Below are positions 29,298 to 41,905 of a stretch of 64,000 nt of DNA, in pieces. The notes under the pieces were generated by a model that had not been told where the DNA came from, ran no database searches, and saw only the letters and a list, made by a program, of their open reading frames with translations. Numbering within the stretch: position 1 is the stretch's first letter; the number at the start of each line of letters is the position of its first letter. The stretch comes from an uncultured Gemmatimonadales bacterium. Its GTDB lineage: Bacteria > Gemmatimonadota > Gemmatimonadetes > Longimicrobiales > Longimicrobiaceae. The stretch lies in contig OY970303.1 in assembly GCA_963716255.1 (NCBI GenBank), positions 800,001 to 864,000 of the forward strand, given 5' to 3'. The translations under genes and the position numbers were made by a program.

Positions 29298-32200
29298 TCA
29301 GGCCTTCGCCAGCCCGATGGTCGCCGGCACACCGTCCAGGTCCACCTCGCGCACCTCGGCGTAGCCGCCGTCACCCAGGCCGCCCGGGCGCACCTGCAGG
29401 TCCGTCGCGAGCGTTTCCCCGGCGACGAACTCGCTCCAGCGGGCCAGCGCCGCGCGCAGCTCGCCGCCGCCGGCCACGCCCAGGCGAATGCGGTCGGCGA
29501 CCTCCAGGCCCGCGTCCTTGCGCAGGCGCTGCACGCGGTTCACCAGCTCGCGGGCCAGGCCCTCCTCGCGCAGCTCCGGCGTGACCGTGGGGTCCAGCGC
29601 GGCGGTGAAGCCGCCCTCGGCCTGCACCTGCAGGTCGCCGCGGGCGGTCTGCACGATCTCCAGGTCGTCCGCGGCCACGAGCACCGTCATCCCGTCCACC
29701 TCCACGGTCAGCGGCTCGCCGCGGCGGAAGCCCGCGAGCGCGTCCGAGGACAGCTCGCGGATGGCGCCGGCCACCTTCGGCGTCTGCTTGCCGTGGCGGG
29801 CGCCGAGCGCCTTGAAGCTGGGGCGCGCGGAAAAGGTCACCAGCTCCTCCGCCCGGTCCATGAAGTCCACCGACTTCACGTTCAGCTCGTCGCGGGCGAT
29901 GTCCAGCAGGTCGCCGCCCACCGCGTAGCCGTCCGGGACCACCGCGTACAGCGTCCCCAGCGGCTGGCGCACCCGGATCCCCACCTCCTCGCGCGCCGCG
30001 CGCCCCAGCGTCGCCAGGGTGCGCACCGCCACCATCCCACGCTCCAGCGCCTCGTCGCGCGCGCTCTCCCGCGCCGCGGGAAAGTCGGCCAGGTGCACGC
30101 TCTCGCCGGTGAGCGCGCGGTGCAGCCAGTCCGAGAAGAAAGGCGCGACCGGCGCCATCAGCCGGGCCACCAGCACCAGCGCGCCGTACAGCGTCGCGAA
30201 CGCCGCGCGGGCGTCCGCGCTCTCCGCCGTCCCCCAGAAGCGGTCGCGCGAGCGGCGCACGTACCAGTTGGACAGGTCGTCGGTGACGAAGTCGCCAAGC
30301 ACGCGGACCGCGCGCGTCAGGTTGTACGCTTCCATCTCCCCGCGCACCTCGCGCGTCACCGTCGCCAGGCGCGACAGCAGCCAGCGGTCCAGCGTCGAGC
30401 GGTCCACCGGGTCGCCACCGCCCCCCACGGGAGCCCACTCCTCCAGGCCGGCGTAGAGCGCGAAGAAGCGGTACGTGTTGCGCAGCGTGTCGAAGGTCTT
30501 GCGCTGCACCTCGCGCACGCCCTCCGGATCGAAGCGCTTGGGCACCCACGGGTTGGACGACGACAGCAGGTACCAGCGGATCGCGTCCGCGCCGAACTGC
30601 TCCACCGCCTCCCAGGGGTTCACGACGTTCCCCTTGGACTTGGACATCTTCTGCCCTTCGGCGTCCAGGATCAGGTCGTTCACCACCACGTTGCGGTACG
30701 ACGGGCCTCGCCCCAGCAGCGTGGAGATGGCCAGCAGCGAGTAGAACCACCCGCGCGTCTGGTCCACCCCCTCGCAGATGAAGTCGGCCGGGAACTGCCG
30801 CTCCTGCAGGGCCCGGTTCTCGAACGGGTAGTGGTGCTGCGCCCACGGCATCGCCCCCGAGTCGAACCAGACGTCGATCACCTCCGGGATGCGCCGCATC
30901 GTCCCCGCGCACCCGGGGTGCGTGCACGCCCAGGCGTGCTCGTCGATGAACGGCCGGTGCGGGTCGAAGGGCTCCGGGAGCGCGCCCGCCCGCTCGCGCA
31001 GCTCCGCGAACGACCCCAGCACCTCCACGTGCTGCTGCGGCGCGGCGCACACCCAGATGGGGAGCGGCGTCCCCCAGTAGCGGTTGCGCGAGATCGCCCA
31101 GTCCACGTTGTTCTCCAGCCACTCGCCGAAGCGCCCGCTCCCCACCTCCGGCGGGAACCAGCGGACCTCGGCGTTGTTGGCTAGCAGCTCGTCGCGCACC
31201 TGCGTGGTGCGGATGAACCACGAGTCGCGCGCCATGTACAGCAGCGGGCTCCCGCAGCGCCAGCAGTGCGGGTACGAGTGCTCCTCGCGGCTGGACCGGA
31301 ACACCTGGCCGCGCTTCTTCAGCTCGATCACCAGGTCCGTGTCCGCCTCCTTGACGAAGCGGCCGCCCACCAGCGGGATCTCCGCGCGGAAGGCGCCGCG
31401 GTCGTCCACCGGGTTCAGCACCGGCAGGCCGTGCTCCTGCCCCAGCGCGTAGTCGTCCGCGCCGAAGGCCGGGGCCGTGTGCACGATCCCCGTCCCGTCC
31501 TCCGCCGTCACCCAGTCCGCCCCGTACACCCGCCACGCCCGCGCCACCGAGTCGGCCGCGAACTCCGCCGTCCCCACCCAGTCGAAGGGGCGGGCGTAGC
31601 GCAGCCCCACCAGCTCCGCCGCCGGAAAGGTCCGCGACACCGCGGCCTCCGCCCCGAAGAGCGCGGCCACGCGCGCCGCCGCCAGCACCAGCCGGCGCCC
31701 CTCGTGCTCCACCTCCGCGTACTCCAGGGACGGGTTCACCGCCAGCGCCGTGTTGGACACCAGCGTCCACGGCGTGGTGGTCCACACCAGCAGCTCGCGC
31801 CCGTCCGGCCCGCCGTCCTCGCCCACGACGGGGAGGATCACGTACAGCGACGGGTCCTTGACGTCGCGGTAGCCCTGCGCCACCTCGTGGCTGCTGAGCC
31901 CCGTCCCGCAGCGCGGGCAGTAGGGGAGGATCTTGTGCCCCCGGTACACCAGCCCGCGGTCGGCGATCTGCTTCACCAGCCACCACACCGACTCCACGTA
32001 GTCCGCGTGGTAGGTGACGTACGGGCGCGAGTAGTCCAGCCAGTAGCCGATGCGCGCCGAGAAGCGCTCCCACTCCTCGGTGTACTGGAGCACGCTCTCG
32101 CGGCACACCTCGTTGAAGCGCGCGATCCCGATCTCCTCGATCTCCCGCTTGCCGCTGATCCCCAGCTTCTTTTCCGCCTCGATCTCCACCGGCAGGCCGT

Positions 32201-32465
32201 GCGTGTCCCACCCGGCGATGCGCGGCACGTGGCGCCCCTGCATGGTGCGGAAGCGCGCGACGGCGTCCTTGATGGTGCGCGAGAAGACGTGGTGGATCCC
32301 CGGGCGCCCGTTGGCGGTCGGCGGGCCCTCGTAAAAGATGAAGGGCTCGCGGTCGCGCGTCTTTTCGAGCGAGCGGCGGAAGGTGTCCTCCTCCTTCCAG
32401 CGGGCGAGGATTTCTTCCTCGAGCGCGGTCGTGGAGGCCGGCAGGTCGGGATATCTCTTGCTCAC
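29298..32465 (-). CDS. ileS: Isoleucyl-tRNA synthetase (type 2)
   Basis: YEGPPTANG.PGIHH, GWDTHGLP, WTTTPWT, KMSKS. Confidence 0.98.
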   Translation of the reverse strand: MSKRYPDLPASTTALEEEILARWKEEDTFRRSLEKTRDREPFIFYEGPPTANGRPGIHHVFSRTIKDAVARFRTMQGRHVPRIAGWDTHGLPVEIEAEKKLGISGKREIEEIGIARFNEVCRESVLQYTEEWERFSARIGYWLDYSRPYVTYHADYVESVWWLVKQIADRGLVYRGHKILPYCPRCGTGLSSHEVAQGYRDVKDPSLYVILPVVGEDGGPDGRELLVWTTTPWTLVSNTALAVNPSLEYAEVEHEGRRLVLAAARVAALFGAEAAVSRTFPAAELVGLRYARPFDWVGTAEFAADSVARAWRVYGADWVTAEDGTGIVHTAPAFGADDYALGQEHGLPVLNPVDDRGAFRAEIPLVGGRFVKEADTDLVIELKKRGQVFRSSREEHSYPHCWRCGSPLLYMARDSWFIRTTQVRDELLANNAEVRWFPPEVGSGRFGEWLENNVDWAISRNRYWGTPLPIWVCAAPQQHVEVLGSFAELRERAGALPEPFDPHRPFIDEHAWACTHPGCAGTMRRIPEVIDVWFDSGAMPWAQHHYPFENRALQERQFPADFICEGVDQTRGWFYSLLAISTLLGRGPSYRNVVVNDLILDAEGQKMSKSKGNVVNPWEAVEQFGADAIRWYLLSSSNPWVPKRFDPEGVREVQRKTFDTLRNTYRFFALYAGLEEWAPVGGGGDPVDRSTLDRWLLSRLATVTREVRGEMEAYNLTRAVRVLGDFVTDDLSNWYVRRSRDRFWGTAESADARAAFATLYGALVLVARLMAPVAPFFSDWLHRALTGESVHLADFPAARESARDEALERGMVAVRTLATLGRAAREEVGIRVRQPLGTLYAVVPDGYAVGGDLLDIARDELNVKSVDFMDRAEELVTFSARPSFKALGARHGKQTPKVAGAIRELSSDALAGFRRGEPLTVEVDGMTVLVAADDLEIVQTARGDLQVQAEGGFTAALDPTVTPELREEGLARELVNRVQRLRKDAGLEVADRIRLGVAGGGELRAALARWSEFVAGETLATDLQVRPGGLGDGGYAEVREVDLDGVPATIGLAKA

Positions 32466-32494
32466 GTTCAGTCGAGTCTACGGATTGTGCAGGC

Positions 32495-32625
32495 TGGGGC
32501 CGCTCCGGAGCCCGGCCAAACCGCGGCCGGTCTCCTGCGCGGGCTACGGGAGCCAGCCAAACGGCCGGCTGTCTCCCTGCGCCGGGGCGAGCCTCGCACG
32601 GTACAGCTGTGCGAGTCTCCCCCCG
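32495..32625 (+). repeat. Intergenic repeat family B, copy 2
   Basis: Same architecture as 28934-29066. Confidence 0.8.
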
Positions 32626-32785
32626 AACCGATCGATATGGGTACCACGTGAACCGCAACGGCCCGGAACGACGAGCCCTCCCCCGGCCTCGGAGGAGGGT
32701 GGCAGGCATCGGGACCGCTGGTCGCGAACCGCAGTTGCAGGCTGTGACGCTGCACGCTGCGCGTGCACCGGATGAACCCTGTTCC

Positions 32786-33625
32786 CTATTCCCTGTTCCC
32801 TATCCGTTCCACGATCCCCTCCACCAGCTCCGTCAGCCGGGGCTCGGCGCCCTGGGCGGCCGCGATGATCCGGGTGATGTCCACCGGCTCCAGCGCGTCC
32901 GGGAGGCAGGCGTCGGTGATGATGGAGATCCCCACCACGCGCATCCCGCCGTGCACGGCCACGATCACCTCCGGCACGGTGGACATCCCCACCACGTCGG
33001 CGCCCAGGGTGCGCAGCATCCGGTACTCGGCGCGCGTCTCCAGGGCGGGCCCGGCCACGGCCACGTACACCCCGCGCCGCAGCGGGATCTTCTTTTCCGC
33101 GGCCACCCGCACCGCGATCTCCTGGAGCGCCTGGCTGTACGGCTCCGACATGTCCGGGAAGCGCGGCCCCAGCGCGTCGTCGTTGGGGCCGATCAGCGGG
33201 CTGTCGCCCAGCAGGTTGATGTGGTCCGCGATCAGCATCAGGTCGCCCGGCGCCCAGAACGGGTTCATCCCCCCGCAGGCGTTGGACACCACCAGCGTTT
33301 CCGCACCCAGGGCGCGCATCACCCGCACCGGGAAGGTCACCTGCTGGAGGGTGTACCCCTCGTAGCGGTGGAAGCGGCCCTGCATCGCCACCACCGGCTT
33401 CCCCCCGAGCGTCCCCAGCAGGAGCCGCCCGCTGTGCGACTCCACCGTGGAAAGCGGGAAGTGGGGGATCTCCTCGTAGGGGATCGCCGTTTCCACCTGG
33501 ATCCGCTCCGCCAGGGCGCCAAGCCCCGTCCCCAAGATCACCCCCACCGCCGGAGCGGCGCCGCTCCGCGCGCGGATGGCCGCGGCCGCCTCCCCGATCC
33601 GTTCCGACAGGCTCGCTTCCGACAC
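32786..33625 (-). CDS. punA: Purine nucleoside phosphorylase (trimeric type)
   Basis: [34 protein letters not shown]. Confidence 0.93.
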   Translation of the reverse strand: MSEASLSERIGEAAAAIRARSGAAPAVGVILGTGLGALAERIQVETAIPYEEIPHFPLSTVESHSGRLLLGTLGGKPVVAMQGRFHRYEGYTLQQVTFPVRVMRALGAETLVVSNACGGMNPFWAPGDLMLIADHINLLGDSPLIGPNDDALGPRFPDMSEPYSQALQEIAVRVAAEKKIPLRRGVYVAVAGPALETRAEYRMLRTLGADVVGMSTVPEVIVAVHGGMRVVGISIITDACLPDALEPVDITRIIAAAQGAEPRLTELVEGIVERIGNRE

Positions 33626-33627
33626 GC

Positions 33628-34191
33628 TCAGCTCTCCGTGGTGAATTCCGCTTCCTCCGGCCGCTCCGCGGCCGGGACCTCCACGGCGCCCGGCCCCAGC
33701 CGCCCGTTCTCGGCCGGCCGGGCGGGCTCCCGGAACCGCGCCTCCTCCTCGTCGATCTCGCCCAGCTGGCGCTCCACCAGCGCGCGGAAGAGGCGCAGGA
33801 AGCGGGTCCGCTGCCCCTGCACCCGGCGCAGCGCCTCCGCGGCGGTGAGCACCTGTCTCTTTGCCTCTTCCACGATGCGCTCGCCCTCGGCGCGCGACTC
33901 GCGCAGGAGGAGGTCCGCCTCGCGATGCGCCTGCCCCTTCATCTCCTCGCGCATCTGCTGCGCGGAGACCAGCGCGTCGTTGAGCGCGCGCTCCCGCTCG
34001 CGGTACTCCGCCACCGACTCGGCGAGCCCCTCCACGCGGGCGCCGAGCGTGGCGTTCTCCCGCACCAGCTCCTCCATCCGCTCCGCGACCAGGTCCAGGA
34101 ACTCGTCCACGCGGCCCGTGTCGTAGCCGCGCATCGCCTTTGCGAAGTCGCCCTTCTTCTTGCGTACGTCGAGCGGAGTCAGGTCGATCAT
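33628..34191 (-). CDS. divIVA: DivIVA domain protein
   Basis: LTPLDV.K..F....RGYD..RVDEFLD followed by coiled coil. Confidence 0.9.
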   Translation of the reverse strand: MIDLTPLDVRKKKGDFAKAMRGYDTGRVDEFLDLVAERMEELVRENATLGARVEGLAESVAEYRERERALNDALVSAQQMREEMKGQAHREADLLLRESRAEGERIVEEAKRQVLTAAEALRRVQGQRTRFLRLFRALVERQLGEIDEEEARFREPARPAENGRLGPGAVEVPAAERPEEAEFTTES

Positions 34192-34883
34192 GGATCGCGC
34201 TCCCCGAACAGGACCGTTCCCACGCGGACGAGGGTGCTCCCCTCTTCCACGGCGATTTCGAAGTCGTTGCTCATCCCCATGGACAGGTGCAGCGCCCGGA
34301 AGCCGGCCACCTGACGCGCCGCCTCCTCCCAGAGCCGCCGCGCGCGCCCGAAGGCGGCGCGCAGCACCGCCTCGTCGCCGGTGAAGGGCGCCATGGTCAT
34401 CAGCCCCTCCACCGCGAGCCCCGGCAGCGCGCAGATCCGCCCCACGGCGTCCAGCGCCTCCTCCGGGGCGAAGCCGCCCTTGGTCTCCTCCCCGGCGGTG
34501 TTCACCTGCACCAGCACGCGCGCCGGGGTCCCCGCCCGCACCGCCTCCTCGGACACGGTCTCCGCCAGGCGGAGCGAGTCCAGGGAGTGCAGCAGGTCGA
34601 AGAGAGGGAGCGCCCTGCGCACCTTGTTGCGCTGCAGGTGCCCGATCAGGTGCCAGCGCGCCGCGCCGCGCCCGATCTCCGCCACCTTTTCCTCCAGCTC
34701 GGGGACGCGGTTTTCCCCCACGTCCTCCACGCCGGCCTCGCGGACGGCGCGCACGGTCTCCGCGGGATGGGTCTTGGTGACGGCGACCAGCGTGACCGGG
34801 TCGCCCCTCCCCCCGCGCTCGCGGGCGCGCTCGATCCGCTCCCGCACCTCCTCCACCCGCGCCGAAAGACTGGACGGTTGCAT
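34188..34883 (-). CDS. yggS: PLP homeostasis protein YggS
   Basis: [31 protein letters not shown]. Confidence 0.95.
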   Translation of the reverse strand: MQPSSLSARVEEVRERIERARERGGRGDPVTLVAVTKTHPAETVRAVREAGVEDVGENRVPELEEKVAEIGRGAARWHLIGHLQRNKVRRALPLFDLLHSLDSLRLAETVSEEAVRAGTPARVLVQVNTAGEETKGGFAPEEALDAVGRICALPGLAVEGLMTMAPFTGDEAVLRAAFGRARRLWEEAARQVAGFRALHLSMGMSNDFEIAVEEGSTLVRVGTVLFGERDP

Positions 34884-34889
34884 GGACGG

Positions 34890-34919
34890 ATTGTAAACCC
34901 GGCGGCGACGCGGACGCAA
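34890..34919 (-). promoter_or_regulatory. Putative promoter giving a leaderless yggS transcript
   Basis: TTGCGT-18 nt-TACAAT, 6 nt before the ATG. Confidence 0.5.
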
Positions 34920-35055
34920 GCGGAACGGCAGGTTACAGGGGATAGCCTGCAAAGGCGACGGCGTCGGTTGCCCTGGGCCGGCGTGCGCCGTATCGTCCCG
35001 GGCCGTGACTCGTGGCCCATCGACGCGCGAGGCGCATCCCCTGTACTGAAGGCGC

Positions 35056-35856
35056 ATGCCCCGGATCGCCTGCCCCGTATGCGACGGCGCCGAGTTCCGC
35101 GTCTACAGCACACTGAACCGGAACCGCACGGTCGTGTGCCGCGGGTGCGGGCTCTTCTACACCAACCCGCTTCCCGAGCCGGAGGAGCTGCGCTCGCGGG
35201 TGGAAGAGTCCGACCTGTACACCGAGGACCAGCTGCGCAAGACCGACTTCTTCCGGCGGCGGGCGGAAACGCTCTTCGACCGGGTGGAGCGGCTGCGGCC
35301 GCGGGGGCGGGTGCTGGACGTGGGGTGCGCCATCGGCACGGAGCTGGTGGTGGCGCGGGAGCGGGGGTGGGAAGCGACCGGGATCGAGCTGTCGGCGAGC
35401 TCGGTGCGGGTGGCGCGGGAGCGCGGGCTGGACGTGCGCGAGACGCCGCTGGAGGAGTGCGGCTTCGCGCCGGGCGGGTTCGACCTGGTGACGCTCAACC
35501 ACGTGCTGGAGCACATCGCCGACCCGGCGCCGTTCCTCGCCGAGGTGCGCCGCATCCTGGCCGACGACGGGCTCCTCTTCGTCGCCGTGCCCAACGTGCG
35601 GGCGTGGATCCGCTACCTGCGCGGCGAGCGCTACGCCTGGACCTTCCAGGACGACCACTTCCTGCACTTCTCCACGTCCACGCTCCCCCGCCTCCTCGCC
35701 CGCCACGGCTTTCGCGTGCTGGACGTGGAAACCTCCCGCTGGCGCGACTTCCACCAGGAGCCGCGCAGCAGGCCCCTGCCCTTCCGCGCCGTCAACCGCA
35801 CGGTGGAGCTGCTGGGGATGGGAGTGGAGATCTTTTGCCTGGCGCGGGCGGCGTAG
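35056..35856 (+). CDS. Class I SAM-dependent methyltransferase with N-terminal Zn ribbon
   Basis: CPVC..C..CG, VLDVGCAIG, HVLEH. Confidence 0.9.
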   Translation: MPRIACPVCDGAEFRVYSTLNRNRTVVCRGCGLFYTNPLPEPEELRSRVEESDLYTEDQLRKTDFFRRRAETLFDRVERLRPRGRVLDVGCAIGTELVVARERGWEATGIELSASSVRVARERGLDVRETPLEECGFAPGGFDLVTLNHVLEHIADPAPFLAEVRRILADDGLLFVAVPNVRAWIRYLRGERYAWTFQDDHFLHFSTSTLPRLLARHGFRVLDVETSRWRDFHQEPRSRPLPFRAVNRTVELLGMGVEIFCLARAA

Positions 35857-35967
35857 GGCGGACCCCCTCCCCCGGCCCCTCCCCGCAAGGGAAGAGGGGG
35901 AGCACGACACGGCAAAGGCGGGGATCGTCAGCATGTAGATTCCCCTCCCCCGGAACGGGGGATATAG

Positions 35968-37353
35968 CAGGTTGCTGAAAAGCTTGTGCGCACGCGCGTG
36001 CGCGCGAGGGTGTGGCGTCGTAGATTGGGGAAAACCTGTCCTCACACTCTCGGGGAGCAGCCACGATGCGCGGACGAGTCAGCCAGCAGCACGCGATGTG
36101 GATGTTCTACGATCCGGAGAGCCTGCTCTCGCCTACGCATCCGCTGCGGGCGGTCAAGGCGCGAGCCGATGCGGTGCTGGCCGGGATGAGTCCGGAGTTC
36201 GACCGCGCCTACGCGGCTCTGGGACGGGCGAGTATCCCGCCGGAGATGCTGCTGAAGGCGCTGCTGCTTCAGGCGCTGCACTCGATCCGTTCGGAGCGGA
36301 TGCTGGTGGAGCAGATCGGAGTGAACTTGGCTTACCGGTGGTTCCTGGACCTGGAGCCGCATGCGGGGGTGTGGGATGCGACCACGTTCACGCAGAACCG
36401 GGATCGGTTCGAGAAGCACGGGCTGGTGCGCACCTTCTTCGAGCGGATCATCGAGGGGGCGTACCTGGAGGAACTGGCGAGCCAGGAGCACTTCTCGATC
36501 GATGGCAGCCTGATCGAGAGCTATGCCTCGATGAAGAGCCTGCGCAAGATCGGCAGCCCGGACGAGAAGGTCAGCGACGGCTCGAAGGACGGCGACACGA
36601 GCAATCCCTCGGTGAACTTCCGCAAAGAGAAGCGGACCAACGCGACGCACCGCTCGCTCACGGACCCCGAGGCGCGCCTGGCGACCAAGAGCAAGGGAGT
36701 GCCGGCGCGGCTGTGCCATCTGCTGAACGCGCTGATGGAGAACCGGCACGGGCTGCTCATCGACGTCAGCGTGGTGGAGGCCGACGGGACGGGCGAGCGC
36801 GACCAGGCACTCCTGCTGCTGGAGCGCAGCCGGATTCGGCACGACTTGCCGGTGGAGCGCACGGTGGGGCTGGATGGGGGCTATCCCAGTGGCCCGTTCC
36901 TCCAGGCAGCCTATCAGGACGGTGTGAGCGCGCACGTGCCGATCCCGGAGGGGCCGATCGACCCGGACGCCAAGGGAGCCGAAGCGCGCAGCCGAGCCCG
37001 AGAGCGGATGGGTACGCCGGAGTACGCCCTCTCGCAACGCAAGCGTAAGCGGATCGAGGAGATCTTCGGCTGGGCAAAGGAGATCGGCGGGATGCGTCGG
37101 AGCCGCCACGTGGATCGCTGGAAGCTGACGCAGAAGGCGCTGATCGTGGGCGCCGCGTACAACCTCCTGCGCCTGGCACGCCTCGCGCCGGGTTTGCAGG
37201 CCCTCGCCTGAGGCACAGTGCGTCCGTGCACGCCGAAAATGGCTGCACGGGCGGGAAACCGGGCACCCCATACGCCGGAAAAGCCCCGTTTCGCTGATTC
37301 TGGAGTGGAAGTTTTCCACGTCACACTCCAGGCTGCCGTTTTTCAGCGACCTG
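35968..37353 (+). mobile_element. IS5-family insertion sequence
   Basis: IRs CAGGTTGCTGAAAA / TTTTCAGCGACCTG; 4-bp direct repeat ATAG at 35964-35967 and 37354-37357. Confidence 0.92.
36066..37211 (+). CDS. IS5-family transposase
   Basis: HPLR, GRASIPPE.LLKALL, FSIDGS, DPEARL, RKRIEEIFGWAK, AYNL. Confidence 0.95.
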   Translation: MRGRVSQQHAMWMFYDPESLLSPTHPLRAVKARADAVLAGMSPEFDRAYAALGRASIPPEMLLKALLLQALHSIRSERMLVEQIGVNLAYRWFLDLEPHAGVWDATTFTQNRDRFEKHGLVRTFFERIIEGAYLEELASQEHFSIDGSLIESYASMKSLRKIGSPDEKVSDGSKDGDTSNPSVNFRKEKRTNATHRSLTDPEARLATKSKGVPARLCHLLNALMENRHGLLIDVSVVEADGTGERDQALLLLERSRIRHDLPVERTVGLDGGYPSGPFLQAAYQDGVSAHVPIPEGPIDPDAKGAEARSRARERMGTPEYALSQRKRKRIEEIFGWAKEIGGMRRSRHVDRWKLTQKALIVGAAYNLLRLARLAPGLQALA

Positions 37354-37422
37354 ATAGGGGGAAAGCCGTGCGAGCCTCAAGCGAGCCGGGTGGGGGCCCC
37401 CGCGGACGCCAGCGCGAGCCCC

Positions 37423-37551
37423 GCATGAGGGATGTCGGCCCGAAGGGGCGAGACCGCGCGGCTGTTTGCGTGGGCTCGACTCCGTTGCAGACGGTCGTTT
37501 CGTCTGCTACGGAGCCGCAGCCCGACCCCGGCGCCAGCCGGGGGCATGCCC
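37423..37551 (-). repeat. Structured repeat family A, copy 2
   Basis: Reverse complement of family A; closing stem GCATG/CATGC. Confidence 0.9.
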
Positions 37552-37575
37552 GAACCTGCCGCCGAAAGCAGTACC

Positions 37576-38352
37576 TTAAACCGTCACCGTCCGGCTGTTG
37601 GACGCGATGACCTCCACCAGCTGGTCGTGCGTCAACCCCCGCTGGAGCTGCCCGCGAAAGGCCAGCGACACCGTGCTCGTTTCCTCCGACACCACCAGCA
37701 CAAGCGCGTCCGTCTCCTCGGAAAGACCCAGAGCCGCCCGGTGGCGCGTCCCCAGGCTCTTGTCCGCGATGGGGAACTGCGTCAGCGGCAGGATGGCGCC
37801 CGCCGCGACGATGGTGTCCCCGCGGATGACGACGGCGCCGTCGTGCAGCGGCGAGTACGGCGTGAAGATGGTGGTCAGCAGCGGCGCGGAGACGCGGGCC
37901 TGCATCGGCGTCCCCGTTTCCAGGTACTCGCCGAGCCCCACCTCGCGCTCGATGGCGATGATCGCGCCGGTCTTGGCGCGCGACAGCTCGTCCACCGCCT
38001 GCGCGATCTCCTCCGCCACCTCGCTCTGCTCCAGGCGCGTGAACAGCCGCGTCAGCCGGCTCTGCCCCAGCTGGGCGAGCGCGCTGCGCAGCTCGGGCTG
38101 GAACACCACCAGCGCGGCGATGGCGCCGTACTGGAACAGGTATTCCAGCAGCTCCTGGAGGAGGCGCAGGTTGAGGACGCGGGATACGAAGTAGATGCCC
38201 ACCAGCGACACCAGCCCGAAGAGCATCTGGATGGCGCGGGTCCCCGCCAGCACCAGCAGGATCCGGTAGAAGACCACGGCGACGATCGCGATCTCCAGCA
38301 GGTCCTTCCAGTCCGGGGCCAGGAAGCCCACCCGCTCCAGGAACCCGTTCAC
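37576..38352 (-). CDS. cdaA: Diadenylate cyclase CdaA
   Basis: Three TMs, VVFQPELR, SPLHDGA, LGTRHRAA. Confidence 0.95.
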   Translation of the reverse strand: MNGFLERVGFLAPDWKDLLEIAIVAVVFYRILLVLAGTRAIQMLFGLVSLVGIYFVSRVLNLRLLQELLEYLFQYGAIAALVVFQPELRSALAQLGQSRLTRLFTRLEQSEVAEEIAQAVDELSRAKTGAIIAIEREVGLGEYLETGTPMQARVSAPLLTTIFTPYSPLHDGAVVIRGDTIVAAGAILPLTQFPIADKSLGTRHRAALGLSEETDALVLVVSEETSTVSLAFRGQLQRGLTHDQLVEVIASNSRTVTV

Positions 38353-39224
38353 GGGGCCGCCCTGGGAAGGGGGGCCGCGCGCCGCAGCGCCTCGGCCACG
38401 TCCAGCGCCTGGCGCACGACCCGCACGTCGTGCACGCGGAAGATGCGCGCGCCGTGCAGCAGCCCCACCACGCACGCCGCCGCGGTGCCGGCGTCGCGCC
38501 GCTCGGCGGGGACGCCGCCCAGGATCCTTCCGATGAAGGACTTGCGGGAGGGGCCCAGGAGCAGGGGGCGATCCAGGCGGGCCAGCTCGCCCAGGCGGGC
38601 GATGAGCTCCAGGTTGTGCTCGGCCGTCTTCGCGAAGCCGATGCCGGGGTCCAGGACCACGCGCGCGTCCGCGATGCCGGCGGCGCGGGCGCGCTCCAGC
38701 GCGGCGGCAAGCTCGTCCGCCACCTCGCGGACGACGTCCGCGTAGCGCGGGTCGCGCTGCATGGTCTCGGGCGTCCCCCGCATGTGCATGAGCACCACCC
38801 CGGCCTCCGCCTCCGCCACCACGCCTCCCATCGCGGGGTCCGCCAGCGCCGACACGTCGTTCACGATCTCCGCTCCCTCGGCCAGCGCCGCGCGGGCCAC
38901 CTCCGCCCGCCGCGTGTCCACCGACACGGGGACGTCGAGACGGTCCTTGAGCAGGCGGAGCGTCGGCAGGATGCGGGCCGCCTCGTCGCGCGGGGAGACC
39001 GCGGCGGCGCCGGGGCGGGTGGATTCGCCGCCCAGGTCCAGCAGGTCCGCGCCCTCGGCGACCATCTCCTCCGCGCGGGCGAGGGCACGCTCCGGGGCGT
39101 CGTACAGGCCGCCGTCGCTGAACGAATCGGGGGTGGCGTTGAGGACCCCCATGACCAGCGGCCGCTCCAGGGAAACGGAGCGGCCGCGGATGGCCCAGGA
39201 GCCGAGGGGGGGCGCGGCGTTCAA
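38349..39224 (-). CDS. folP: Dihydropteroate synthase
   Basis: MGVLNATPDSFSDGG, GGESTRPG, DPGIGF, SRKSF, RVHDV; start approximate. Confidence 0.95.
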   Translation of the reverse strand: MNAAPPLGSWAIRGRSVSLERPLVMGVLNATPDSFSDGGLYDAPERALARAEEMVAEGADLLDLGGESTRPGAAAVSPRDEAARILPTLRLLKDRLDVPVSVDTRRAEVARAALAEGAEIVNDVSALADPAMGGVVAEAEAGVVLMHMRGTPETMQRDPRYADVVREVADELAAALERARAAGIADARVVLDPGIGFAKTAEHNLELIARLGELARLDRPLLLGPSRKSFIGRILGGVPAERRDAGTAAACVVGLLHGARIFRVHDVRVVRQALDVAEALRRAAPLPRAAP

Positions 39225-39246
39225 CCGCCCGTCCGTGGACGCCCCG

Positions 39247-41283
<2,037 letters not shown>

Positions 41284-41341
41284 GGTTTACGTCCCTCGCG
41301 ACTGCAGCGGCGGCGGGCGCGCGGAGGGCGCGCCCTGCGGC

Positions 41342-41905
41342 TCAGGTGTGCTTCAGGCTCCCGATGAAGGGGAGGTTCCGGAAGTTCTCGGAATGGTCCA
41401 GGCCGTAGCCGATGAGGAACTCGTGGGGGGCGTCGAAGCCGACCCAGCGGGGCTCCAGGACCAGGTTGCGTGCGATGTGCTTGTGAAGGAGCGCGCACAT
41501 CTCCAGCGAGCGCGGCTTGCGCTCCCTCAGGAGGGGGACCAGCCGGTTGATGGTGGTCCCGCTGTCGACGATGTCCTCCACGATGATGACGTGGCGGTTG
41601 GCGAACTCCGCGTCGGGGTCGTACAGCAGCTTGACCTCGCCCGACGAGGTGGTGCCGCTCCCGTAGCTGGAGGCCACCAGGAAGTCGACCTGCACCGGGC
41701 GCGTGATGTCCCGCACCAGGTCGCTCATGAAGATGAAGGAGCCCTTGAGGAGCCCCAGCACCAGCAGCTCTTCGTCGGGAGGGAAGTACCGGGTGATCTC
41801 CTCGCCCATCTCCCGGACCCGGACGGCGATCTCTTCCGGAGTGTAGACGATCCGCTCCAGCTCGCGTCCGCCCGTACGGGCGAGAATCAGCTCGGCTTCA
41901 GTCAT
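41342..41905 (-). CDS. hpt: Hypoxanthine phosphoribosyltransferase
   Basis: LLKGSFIF, IIVEDIVDSG, FLIGYGLD. Confidence 0.95.
   Translation of the reverse strand: MTEAELILARTGGRELERIVYTPEEIAVRVREMGEEITRYFPPDEELLVLGLLKGSFIFMSDLVRDITRPVQVDFLVASSYGSGTTSSGEVKLLYDPDAEFANRHVIIVEDIVDSGTTINRLVPLLRERKPRSLEMCALLHKHIARNLVLEPRWVGFDAPHEFLIGYGLDHSENFRNLPFIGSLKHT

Noticed and set aside
32466..32785. T-box riboswitch upstream of ileS
   Set aside because: Only a partial GTGGTACC match; the region is explained by dispersed repeats also found elsewhere
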